Positions 7,381 to 15,923 of a DNA stretch of 25,985 nt are shown piece by piece. Origin of the DNA: an uncultured Clostridia bacterium (GTDB lineage Bacteria > Bacillota > Clostridia > Christensenellales > UBA1242); NCBI GenBank assembly GCA_946487985.1, contig CAMLUY010000001.1, positions 1 to 25,985 of the forward strand, given 5' to 3'. The notes below the pieces were generated by a model, which was not told the origin of the DNA, made no database searches, and was given only the letters and a program-made list of their open reading frames with translations. A program made the position numbers and the translations under genes. Numbering within the stretch: position 1 is the first letter of the stretch; every line of letters starts with the position of its first letter.

Positions 7381-8502
7381 TTATTCAGCGTCTTCGCCTT
7401 TCAGCGTTGAAATTGCATCTTGCAATTTTTTGATTTCATCTTTGATTTCTGCATTTTGTGATGAAAGAAGATTGAAAATCTTTTCAAGAAGAGGATATCT
7501 TTCTTCGTTTTTACTCATCACTTCTTGGCAGTGTTGTACAGAAAGCTTCAAACCGTCGAGAAGGTCAAGGTCTTCGGCAAGTTTTTTTGCTTTTTCTTCA
7601 TCAATATCTGCGTAGTTGTTTACGCCGTAAAGCACAACTTTCTGTTTTGCGACCAAAGCTTCTTTTCTGCGAAGCTTTTTCTCGTCGTTTTCAAGAGTTT
7701 TCTTTACGCGACGAAGTGGAACAAACTCTTTCTTGCATTGACGAAGCTCTTTCTCATTTTGTTTGAGTTTTTCCTGTGCATCTGCAAGGCTTGATTCAAG
7801 CTCTTCAAGCGTCATTGTTGAAGCAAGAGAATCTGTTTCAGCAGCTGCTGGCTGAGCAGCAACAGGCTCGTCAGCATCCTCAATGCTTTCTTCCTCTTCA
7901 ACAGATTCGTCGTCTGCGCCATCGTCTGCAACTTCTGTTTTTGAATCTTCCTCTTCGGTTTCAGTTTCAGCGTCAGATTCAACAGCTTCGTCTGATTCAG
8001 CGTCTTCATCTTCTGTCATATCGACTACGTCGTCGTCAGACTCCTCTTCCTCTTCGCTTTCAGCCTGTTCACTTTGCATGCGGGCAAGGCGCTCCATCAA
8101 TTCAGCGCGGCGTTGTCTGATGTACTCTGTTGTGTCAGAGTCGTCTTCCTCTTCTTCCTCGGCCTCTTCTGCTGGATCTTCCTCTTGTACTTCTTCTGCC
8201 TGGTCTTCTGCAACAACAGATTGCTCTTCCTCGTCTTCGTCAGGATTGTACGCCTCTACAACTGCGCCATTGTAAAGCACTGTTGCAATTTGAGGGTCTT
8301 TTTTCAATTCATCTGCGTTTTCAAGTTTGTTGATGCGGTCCTCAAGCTCTTGTGATTTTTCTTGATTGCGTTTTTCGATTGTCTTTTGATCTTTGTTGCG
8401 GTTTGAAAGGCTCATGAACAGGTCGGCCATAAAGTACAGAAGAAACCCTCCTGCAACAACGATACCAAGAACAACGACAACTGTGATAATTACTGAACTC
8501 AT
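7381..8502 (-). CDS. Hypothetical membrane-anchored protein with acidic disordered linker and C-terminal coiled coil (373 aa)
   Basis: ATG 8502 after AAGGAG. Hydrophobic N-terminus (VIITVVVVLGIVVAGGFLLYF), very E/D-rich middle, heptad-like K/E/L-rich C-terminus. Confidence 0.85.
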   Translation of the reverse strand: MSSVIITVVVVLGIVVAGGFLLYFMADLFMSLSNRNKDQKTIEKRNQEKSQELEDRINKLENADELKKDPQIATVLYNGAVVEAYNPDEDEEEQSVVAEDQAEEVQEEDPAEEAEEEEEDDSDTTEYIRQRRAELMERLARMQSEQAESEEEEESDDDVVDMTEDEDAESDEAVESDAETETEEEDSKTEVADDGADDESVEEEESIEDADEPVAAQPAAAETDSLASTMTLEELESSLADAQEKLKQNEKELRQCKKEFVPLRRVKKTLENDEKKLRRKEALVAKQKVVLYGVNNYADIDEEKAKKLAEDLDLLDGLKLSVQHCQEVMSKNEERYPLLEKIFNLLSSQNAEIKDEIKKLQDAISTLKGEDAE

Positions 8503-8541
8503 AAATTTTCACTCCTTTTCTTTGTTTTTTTTGACCTTTTT

Positions 8542-8935
8542 TGGTGGAGACGGCGGGATTTGAACCCGCTTCCGAAAAACTTGTGCGAAACTTTTCTACA
8601 TGTTTAGTCTATGCCAAAACTTTCACCAATAATCTTTGCATAGACAAAATTTTATTGGCTGAGCCTTTTTGGTATAGTCAAGGCAAGGCAATCTTGACTA
8701 AAGAGCGTCAATAATTTTGAAACCTTACTGCATGCTGACGAACATTTCAGAAGATTTGGTCAAAATCTGTTCGACCGTTTGTTTTGTCCGACTAGGCAGC
8801 GCAAGCGTAGCTTGCAGTGTCCATACGAACGGTGTTATTGTTTGCGTTTATTCGCGTTGTCCTTACTAAGGCAAAGGGCATGCCACATGCTTTACATTTC
8901 GACCAATGCTCCCCGTCGAAACCAATAACGCCCCC
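8542..8935 (-). ncRNA. ssrA: tmRNA (394 nt)
   Basis: 5' GGGGGCGTTATTGGTTTCGAC and 3' GCGGGTTCAAATCCCGCCGTCTCCACCA form the Ala-type acceptor stem and T arm. Tag ORF 8845-8792 encodes ANNNTVRMDTASYACAA*. Lies 15 nt downstream of smpB. Confidence 0.96.
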
Positions 8936-8950
8936 GTTTCCTGGGTTTGG

Positions 8951-9388
8951 TTAGTAGTTTTTGATTGCTCGGTCTATCTCTCTCTTGGTTTGTCTGTCTT
9001 TGAGAGATTGCCGCTTGTCATAAAGTTTTTTGCCTTTTGCCAGTCCAATTTCCACTTTTGCATGTCCTTTTGTAAGGTAAATCTTGGTTGGAATGATTGA
9101 CATGCCTTTTTCAAGTGTTTGTCTGTTGAGCCGCAAAATTTCATCTTTATGTAAAAGCAGCTTTCTTGTACGCTTGGCATCACTTTCTGAGGCCGAATCT
9201 TGCGGCGCAATGTAGCAGTTTCGCAGAAGAGCTTCGCCGTCCTTGATGACAACGTAGCTGTCACTGAGATTGACTTTGCCTGCACTGACCGATTTGATTT
9301 CTCCGCCTTTGAGAGCAATACCCGCTTCAAGCGTATCTGAAATGAAGAAGTTGTGATATGCTTTTTTATTGTTATGTATAATCCTCAT
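8951..9388 (-). CDS. smpB: SsrA-binding protein (145 aa)
   Basis: NNKKAYHNFFI, LEAGIALKGGEIKS, RKLLLHKDEI, AKGKKLYDKRQSLK. Confidence 0.98.
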   Translation of the reverse strand: MRIIHNNKKAYHNFFISDTLEAGIALKGGEIKSVSAGKVNLSDSYVVIKDGEALLRNCYIAPQDSASESDAKRTRKLLLHKDEILRLNRQTLEKGMSIIPTKIYLTKGHAKVEIGLAKGKKLYDKRQSLKDRQTKREIDRAIKNY

Positions 9389-9398
9389 CTCGCCTCCT

Positions 9399-9427
9399 AT
9401 TATAGCACTGATTTATTGTTTTTTCAA
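9399..9427 (-). promoter_or_regulatory. sigmaA promoter of smpB-ssrA
   Basis: TTGAAA (9427-9422), 17 bp, TG-C-TATAAT (TATAAT 9404-9399), directly abutting AGGAGG. Confidence 0.65.
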
Positions 9428-9656
9428 TACCCTAAATGAAAAATTTTCATAAATTATCGGTTTTTTTGATGTTTTTTTCAAAAAAAAGCTGTTTTTTTGC
9501 AAATTTTAGTGATATTTCCCTTTTATGATTTTTTTTGGCAGTCTGAAAAGCTATAAAAAACGACATAAAATCCGCTCGATTGCTGCCACAAATGGTAGTT
9601 TTATCATTCAGAAAAAGTCGTTTTTCTTGGCAGCATTGATATCATGATATAAACTA

Positions 9657-9729
9657 TGTGATGTTGATTTGCTCACGATGTTTGCAAATCAATTTGCTAA
9701 ACGCAAATCCGCTTAATAGCGGCATCACA
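9657..9729. ncRNA. Putative structured element: compact four-way junction
   Basis: TGTGATG/CATCACA closing stem with 9-bp, 5-bp and 5-bp hairpins, all Watson-Crick, one unpaired linker nt. Confidence 0.5.
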
Positions 9730-9797
9730 GTTTGAATAAACATCAGTTTTGCTTACAAATGCCTAACGGCGCTTGCAGACAAAACTTCCGATAATAT

Positions 9798-9833
9798 AAA
9801 AACTGGCATCTTTCAATACTTATGCCAGTTTTT
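9798..9833. terminator. Intrinsic terminator of pnp (bidirectional-capable)
   Basis: AAAAACTGGCAT (9798-9809)/ATGCCAGTTTTT (9822-9833) just past the pnp stop. Confidence 0.85.
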
Positions 9834-9839
9834 TGATTT

Positions 9840-11957
9840 TTATTTTTGTTCTTGGTTTTGTTGATTGTTCTTTGGAACAATACGTTTCAGGTCTATTCTG
9901 CCCTTTTCATCAATTTTGATGACTTCAACTTCGACAATATCACCTATTTTTACAACATCTTCAACTTTCTCAACACGTTTGTTTGAAAGTTTTGAAATGT
10001 GAATCATGCCTTCTTTATTGCCTGCGAACTCTACAAACGCGCCAAAGTTCATTATGCGGACAACTTTTGCATCGTAAACATCGCCTACTTCAACATCTTC
10101 TACAATTCCCAGTATGATTTTCTTGGCTTTCTCTGCCATTTCAAGATCCTGAGTTGCAATGAATACCTGTCCATCATCTTCAATATCGATTTTTACACCC
10201 GTCTCGTCAATAATCTTATTGATCATTTTCCCGCCAGAGCCGATTACATCTTTAATCTTATCTGGGTCAATAGAGAATGTAATAATCTTTGGAGCATATT
10301 TAGAAAGCTCAGCACGAGGCTCTTTAATTTCTTCAAGCAATTTATTCATAATAAACATTCTGCCTTCGCGTGCCTGTTTGAGAGCTGTTGTCAAGATTTG
10401 TTTGTCGATACCTTTTATCTTGATATCCATTTGAATTGCGGTTACGCCTTTGGCTGTACCAGTAACTTTAAAGTCCATATCGCCAAGGAAGTCTTCAAGG
10501 CCTTGAATATCTGAAAGGACTGCGACTTTACCTGTTGCCTCGTCTTTAATCAAGCCCATAGCAATGCCCGCAACTGGTGCTTTAATTGGCACGCCGCCGT
10601 CCATAAGCGCAAGAGTTGAGCCACAAACGGAAGCCATTGAAGATGAGCCGTTTGACGACAACACTTCTGAAACTAAGCGCAGCGCATATGGGAACTCTTC
10701 CTCAGATGGAATAACTGGTTCAAGCGCTCTTTCAGCAAGCGCGCCATGACCAATTTCACGTCTGCCTGGACTCTTTATTCCTTTTGCCTCACCAGTTGCA
10801 TACGCTGGCATATTGTAATGATGAACATATCTGTTGACTTCTTCATCATCAAGGCCTTCAAGCTTTTGCATATCAGAAACAGTACCAAGAGTCAAAGTTG
10901 TCATTACCTGCGTTTGACCTCTTGTGAAGATTGCGCTTCCATGAGTACGTGGCAGCACTCCTGTTTCGCACCAAATAGGACGAATTTCTGTCAATTGTCT
11001 TCCATCAGGACGAACGCCTTGATTGAGAATTTTGGCACGAACTTTCTCTTTTGTCATTTTATAAAGGACTTGTCCGATTTCCTTCTCTTTTTCAGGGAAC
11101 ATCTCTGCAAAATGCGCTTTGACGTCAGCGTCAACCTCGTCTTGACGGCTTTGGCGTTCATGACGGTCAAACGTGTCGAGAGCATGATCAAGCTTTTGAT
11201 CAGCATATTCGCGAACAGCTTTGTCAATTTCGTCAGGCACAATGTCAAAAACAAGATTTTCGCAAACAGGTTTTCCTATTTCTGCTTTAACCTTCTTTTG
11301 GAAGGCAACTATCTTTTTTATTTCCTCATGTGCAAACATGATTGCATCAAGCATTGTTTCCTCTGGGACTTCTTTTGCGCCAGCTTCTACCATGAGCACT
11401 GCGTCTTCTGTACCTGAAACTGTAAGATGCAAGGTTGATTTTTCTCTTTCCTCATTATTTGGATTTATGATGAATTTTCCGTCAACAAGCCCCACTTGCA
11501 CAGAACCTGTTGGTCCCATGAATGGAATGTCTGATATTGACAGCGCAAAGCTTGAACCAAGCATTGCCATTGGTTCTGGTGCAACATCAGGGTCAACAGA
11601 AAGAGCGGTAGCAACCACACAAACGTCATGATAAAAACCTTTTGGGAAAAGCGGCCTTAATGGTCTGTCAATCAAACGAGATGTAAGGATAGCTTTATCC
11701 GAAGGGCGACCTTCGCGTTTTTTGAATCCGCCAGGTATTTTTCCTACTGAATACATTTTTTCTTCAAAATCAACCGAAAGCGGGAAAAAGTCAACACCTG
11801 GTCGTGGCTCTTTTGACATTGTTACGTTTACCATGACAACTGTTTCGCCGCAACGAACTAGGCAACTGCCATTTGACTGCTCGCAAAGTCTGCCAGTTTC
11901 AAATGTAACCTTTTTTCCACCTATTTCTATTTCATAAATCTTTGCATCTTCTTTCAT
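9840..11957 (-). CDS. pnp: Polyribonucleotide nucleotidyltransferase (705 aa)
   Basis: Two RNase PH domains ([44 protein letters not shown]), KH ([12 protein letters not shown]) and S1 (FGAFVE...GMIHISKL). Confidence 0.99.
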   Translation of the reverse strand: MKEDAKIYEIEIGGKKVTFETGRLCEQSNGSCLVRCGETVVMVNVTMSKEPRPGVDFFPLSVDFEEKMYSVGKIPGGFKKREGRPSDKAILTSRLIDRPLRPLFPKGFYHDVCVVATALSVDPDVAPEPMAMLGSSFALSISDIPFMGPTGSVQVGLVDGKFIINPNNEEREKSTLHLTVSGTEDAVLMVEAGAKEVPEETMLDAIMFAHEEIKKIVAFQKKVKAEIGKPVCENLVFDIVPDEIDKAVREYADQKLDHALDTFDRHERQSRQDEVDADVKAHFAEMFPEKEKEIGQVLYKMTKEKVRAKILNQGVRPDGRQLTEIRPIWCETGVLPRTHGSAIFTRGQTQVMTTLTLGTVSDMQKLEGLDDEEVNRYVHHYNMPAYATGEAKGIKSPGRREIGHGALAERALEPVIPSEEEFPYALRLVSEVLSSNGSSSMASVCGSTLALMDGGVPIKAPVAGIAMGLIKDEATGKVAVLSDIQGLEDFLGDMDFKVTGTAKGVTAIQMDIKIKGIDKQILTTALKQAREGRMFIMNKLLEEIKEPRAELSKYAPKIITFSIDPDKIKDVIGSGGKMINKIIDETGVKIDIEDDGQVFIATQDLEMAEKAKKIILGIVEDVEVGDVYDAKVVRIMNFGAFVEFAGNKEGMIHISKLSNKRVEKVEDVVKIGDIVEVEVIKIDEKGRIDLKRIVPKNNQQNQEQK

Positions 11958-12019
11958 ATAATCTCCTTAAATTGTTTAAAAAAAGGGTCGATAAATACAT
12001 ATCTCCCCCCTTTTGTAGC

Positions 12020-12280
12020 TTATTTTACTTCACGTATGTTCAGTTCTTTAATGATATTTCTGTATGCTTCAATATCACGTTCTTTAAGGTAAAGCAAGAA
12101 GCCCTTTCTTTTACCAACCATTTGAAGCAATCCACGACGTGAGTGATTGTCCTTTTTGTTTGCTTTCAAATGCTCATTAAGGTGATTGATTCTTGCTGTC
12201 AAAAGTGCGATTTGCACTTGTACTGAACCTGTATCATTTTCTGAAAGTTTGAATTTATCAATTATTTCTTTCTTTTCCAT
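12020..12280 (-). CDS. rpsO: 30S ribosomal protein S15 (86 aa)
   Basis: [43 protein letters not shown]. Confidence 0.99.
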   Translation of the reverse strand: MEKKEIIDKFKLSENDTGSVQVQIALLTARINHLNEHLKANKKDNHSRRGLLQMVGKRKGFLLYLKERDIEAYRNIIKELNIREVK

Positions 12281-12305
12281 GATTACCCTCCTATTTTTAA
12301 TTTTT

Positions 12306-12404
12306 ACCGTTCAAGCGAAGCAAAGCGTCAGAAGGTCTCGTAATTACTGCGCAAGACGGCATTATCGACTGTTTTATTATAACATCTTTACAAAGATTTG
12401 TAAA
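12306..12404 (-). promoter_or_regulatory. rpsO promoter and probable S15-autoregulatory leader
   Basis: TTTACA (12404-12399), 17 bp, TG-T-TATAAT (TATAAT 12381-12376). Leader closed by GCCGT (12360-12356)/ACGGT (12310-12306) before the AGGAGG RBS. Leader identity inferred from position. Confidence 0.55.
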
Positions 12405-12417
12405 CAAAAAACATCAA

Positions 12418-13818
12418 TTATTTAAAAAAAATTTTCTTTTTATCAATGATTTCATCTATGCGCGCGATGTAATCCTCGATAAATTTGGCGTTCGATTCAC
12501 GCGTAATCTTTTTTTCAAGGTTGTATACCCGCTTGCTGATTGCGCCCGCGCCTATGCCAATAATGGTATTTGTCTCTTCCATGCTGTCAATATTGAAAGC
12601 GCACAAATATTCATCTCTGAAATAGCCAACATTTTCAAGCCCGCAAAGCTGATTTTTTTGCCTGTAAAGATAGTATGGCTTGTAACCATTTTCAAGCAGC
12701 GTTTTTTGGGAGTAGTCAATCATTTTGGTAATATCTTTTTCACTAAGAAGCTGCGTATTGTCCTTTAATTGTGCGCCATTTTTTACAGAAAGCGTATGTA
12801 CTGTAATGTTGTGTGGACTCAGTTCAAGCAGTGTTGTAATGGTCTTTTTGAAAGTCGCAAACCTTTCTCCTGGCAGACCTGCAATAATGTCCATATTGAC
12901 AATAAAGTCCTCTTCAAGTGCCATGCCGTATGCGTTGAGTACGTCCTCAACTTTATGCTTGCGACCAATACGTTTGAGAGTGGCTTCGCAAAAGGTCTGA
13001 GGGTTTATTGATATTCGCGAAACTTTATGCTTTTTAAGTACCTGCAATTTTTCTCTTGTAATGGTGTCTGGGCGTCCGCATTCAACGGTAAATTCAGTTA
13101 TTGGAAAGTTTATCTGACTGAGCAGTCTGTCAAGTTGCTCTGCTGAAAGCACGGACGGAGTACCGCCACCAATATAGACATTGCGAACAAGATAGACGCG
13201 TTCTTTCATGATGTCTTTGACGGCATCAAGCTCTTTTATCATGGCGTCAATATAGCTTTCAAGCTTGTCCTTGACCATACTATACTCGCTTGAAATAAAT
13301 GAGCAGTAAAGGCATCGTGATGGACAAACAGGGATATTGATGTACAAATCAACCAGGTTGTCATTTCGAATTATGCCCTTTTGGTTTTTTAATATCATTG
13401 CCACAAGATGAGCTTTCTCTGGCGAAACAAAATAGTCTTTTTGCAGCATTTCGCTGACAAGATGCTCTTTCATTTCACCATATGCAATAAGCTCGCGTGC
13501 AAACTTAGTTGGGCGCACGCCAGTCAGCGAGCCCCAAGGCAAATTTTTATTGAGCTTTTTTGAAAGAATGGAGTAAAGAAAATTCTTCACCATACGCTTG
13601 CGATAGGATTTTTTATGAAGAGCTGTAAACTCATCGTTAAGCGTGAATGAAAAATTGTACTCAGTGCGCTGTTCTGCCTCATGATAGACAAATTTATCTT
13701 GAAATAAGTTTCCCTCTGAAACTTCGGTGTGCTCGATAACAATGTTTTCAGGCAGGCGAAACATTTTACAGAGGTCTTCAAGGTCTACGATATATTCTTC
13801 GATATTTGATTTTACCAT
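12418..13818 (-). CDS. hemZ: HemZ-type radical SAM protein (HemN-like, 466 aa)
   Basis: PWGSLTGVRPTK N-terminal motif, CxxxCxxC (CPSRCLYC), YIGGGTP, EFTVECGRPD, PYYLYRQK. Confidence 0.9.
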   Translation of the reverse strand: MVKSNIEEYIVDLEDLCKMFRLPENIVIEHTEVSEGNLFQDKFVYHEAEQRTEYNFSFTLNDEFTALHKKSYRKRMVKNFLYSILSKKLNKNLPWGSLTGVRPTKFARELIAYGEMKEHLVSEMLQKDYFVSPEKAHLVAMILKNQKGIIRNDNLVDLYINIPVCPSRCLYCSFISSEYSMVKDKLESYIDAMIKELDAVKDIMKERVYLVRNVYIGGGTPSVLSAEQLDRLLSQINFPITEFTVECGRPDTITREKLQVLKKHKVSRISINPQTFCEATLKRIGRKHKVEDVLNAYGMALEEDFIVNMDIIAGLPGERFATFKKTITTLLELSPHNITVHTLSVKNGAQLKDNTQLLSEKDITKMIDYSQKTLLENGYKPYYLYRQKNQLCGLENVGYFRDEYLCAFNIDSMEETNTIIGIGAGAISKRVYNLEKKITRESNAKFIEDYIARIDEIIDKKKIFFK

Positions 13819-15923
13819 CTTTCACTCCTGTAAACGCTGATTACATTCCTTATATTTCTGATAGCCGTCAAAGCACTGTCGAGCTCGTTTTTATTCTTGA
13901 CGTCAATACGCAGAGTGCAGATAAACGAATCGCCCACATCCTTTGCGTCAAAGCCCTTGATGTTGATTTTTAAGCCTGTGATCAGGCTGGTGAGTTTGGC
14001 AAGGTTGTTGTCCGCCTTTTCTGCGACTATTTTAATTGTGGCCGAGAATGTTGCATCCTCTTTTATCTGCCACTGAGCATCAATAAGCCTTTCGCTTTCA
14101 AGGAAGCGCAAGTTTGGGCAACTCTTTCGGTGAATCGTCACTCCTCTGCCGCGTGAGATGTAGCCAATGATATCATCGCCCTCAATCGGACTGCAACACC
14201 CTGCAAACCTGACAAGCATACCGCTGTCACCATCAACAAGCACGCCATCTTTATTGCGTTTGAGGTGTACCACATTTTCTACCTTTGGCAGAGAAATGTT
14301 ATCATTGTTGTAAAGATTTACAAGGCGTGCTGAAACTTGCATAGCGGTCAGCGAGCCAGAGCCAATCGCGGCATAAAGCTCATCAAGATTGTCCATGTTG
14401 TATCGGCGCAGTATTTCTGCCAGATACTCGTCTGTAAGAAGCTGAGCCATCGTGAAGCCCTTGTCTTGCACGGCCTGCGTAAGCATGCTTTTGCCAAAAC
14501 GAATATTGTCATCTTTGAGTTCAGTTTTGAAAAATGATTTTATTTTGCTTCGCGCTGATGGCGTGCGTACATATTTCAGCCAATCACGAGATGGACCTTT
14601 TGAATTTGACGATGTCAAAATCTCAACAATATCACCATTACAAAGCTGAGTTGTAATTGGACGCAGTTTACCATTGATTTTTGCGCCTACGCAGCTGTTG
14701 CCGATATCTGTGTGAATTGAATAGGCAAAATCGATTGCAGTCGCGCCTTCTGGAAATTCAATAACCCTGCCTTTTGGAGTTTGCACAATGATGACTCCGG
14801 CATAAAGGTCGCTTTTCAAAGTTTCGATAAAGTCGTCGTTTGACATGCTTTTTGCGTTTTCAATGGTCTGTCTGAACCATGTCAAACGATTATCAAAGTC
14901 GTCTTTTTTGTTCTTCTTTTCTTTGTAAAGCCAGTGCGCACAAACACCACCGAACTCAGACTCTTCATGCATTTTCTTGGTTCGGATTTGAATTTCAAGA
15001 GGATGCTGGTTTTCTGCAATAATCGTTGTATGCAGCGACTTGTAACCGTTCGGCTTTGGCGACGCGATATAGTCCTTGACTCGCCCTGCCATTGGCTTGT
15101 ATATGGCATGGACACGGCCAAGAACAGCGTAGCACTCTTCCACAGTGTCAACAATGACGCGCATTGCCAAGATGTCATAAATCTGGTCAAGCGTAAGGCT
15201 TTTATTGTGAAGCTTATTAAAAATTGAGGACACATGTTTGATGCGGCTTTGAATTTCACCATTTATTTTTAGGTCATCAAGTATTGCTTGCAGTCTTGAC
15301 TCGGTCAAAGCGAGTTGCTGTTCATGCTCTTCACGTTTGCTCTCAATAGTCGCTTTCAATCGGCTATATTCAACAGGATTTTCAAGTCTGATTACATTAT
15401 CATAAAGGTTTAGTTTGAGCTTATCAAGACCAAGGCGTTCTGCCAAAGGAACATGGATTTCTTTGACAAACTTTACAAAAAGCCACTGGCTCTCGTTCAA
15501 AGGTAGGTTAAGTTGTGAAATATCGTAGTATACGCCTGCAAGTTTGATAATAACCACGCGCATATCATTGCCCATTGCAATAAACATACGGCGTATGTCG
15601 TCGATCTCCTCGCTGAGTGTCAGCTTGTTGATGTCTTTGATTGACTTGTAATCGTCAACCATTTCTTTTTCTTCGTCATTCAGTTTTTCGCGAACCTGGT
15701 CACCATCTTCCGGAAAAAACTTGTAAAGCTGATACGTCAAAAATGCCATTACTGATGCTTTGTCAAGTTGAAGCTCAATGATAAAATCTAGTATGACTGA
15801 AATACGGTCATAGTTAAGGTCAAATGTCAAGATATGGTCAACTATGTCTTTTTCTCTTTCGGTAAGTGTGAAATTTTGGCAAACTTTATTGCGCACATCA
15901 CCTGCGATTACCTTGTCTGGCAT
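13812..15923 (-). CDS. rel: Long RelA/SpoT homologue with intact synthetase, TGS, ZFD and ACT domains but a degenerate hydrolase domain (703 aa)
   Basis: SRIKHVSSI, DILAMRVIV, RVKDYIASPKPNGYKSLHT, EIQIRT, AHWLYKE; TGS (GATAIDFAYSIHTDIG); CCSPIEGDDIIGYISRGRGVTIHRKSC; C-terminal ACT. Confidence 0.95.
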   Translation of the reverse strand: MPDKVIAGDVRNKVCQNFTLTEREKDIVDHILTFDLNYDRISVILDFIIELQLDKASVMAFLTYQLYKFFPEDGDQVREKLNDEEKEMVDDYKSIKDINKLTLSEEIDDIRRMFIAMGNDMRVVIIKLAGVYYDISQLNLPLNESQWLFVKFVKEIHVPLAERLGLDKLKLNLYDNVIRLENPVEYSRLKATIESKREEHEQQLALTESRLQAILDDLKINGEIQSRIKHVSSIFNKLHNKSLTLDQIYDILAMRVIVDTVEECYAVLGRVHAIYKPMAGRVKDYIASPKPNGYKSLHTTIIAENQHPLEIQIRTKKMHEESEFGGVCAHWLYKEKKNKKDDFDNRLTWFRQTIENAKSMSNDDFIETLKSDLYAGVIIVQTPKGRVIEFPEGATAIDFAYSIHTDIGNSCVGAKINGKLRPITTQLCNGDIVEILTSSNSKGPSRDWLKYVRTPSARSKIKSFFKTELKDDNIRFGKSMLTQAVQDKGFTMAQLLTDEYLAEILRRYNMDNLDELYAAIGSGSLTAMQVSARLVNLYNNDNISLPKVENVVHLKRNKDGVLVDGDSGMLVRFAGCCSPIEGDDIIGYISRGRGVTIHRKSCPNLRFLESERLIDAQWQIKEDATFSATIKIVAEKADNNLAKLTSLITGLKINIKGFDAKDVGDSFICTLRIDVKNKNELDSALTAIRNIRNVISVYRSERW

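Noticed and set aside
7883-8275. Ser-rich + strand ORF and neighbouring antisense ORFs
   Set aside because: Mirror-frame artefacts of GAA/GAC-rich codons in the acidic protein; no RBS.
8542-8600. Integrative element at the ssrA 3' end
   Set aside because: No integrase, no duplicated ssrA 3' segment noticed in the window, and no phage or ICE genes.
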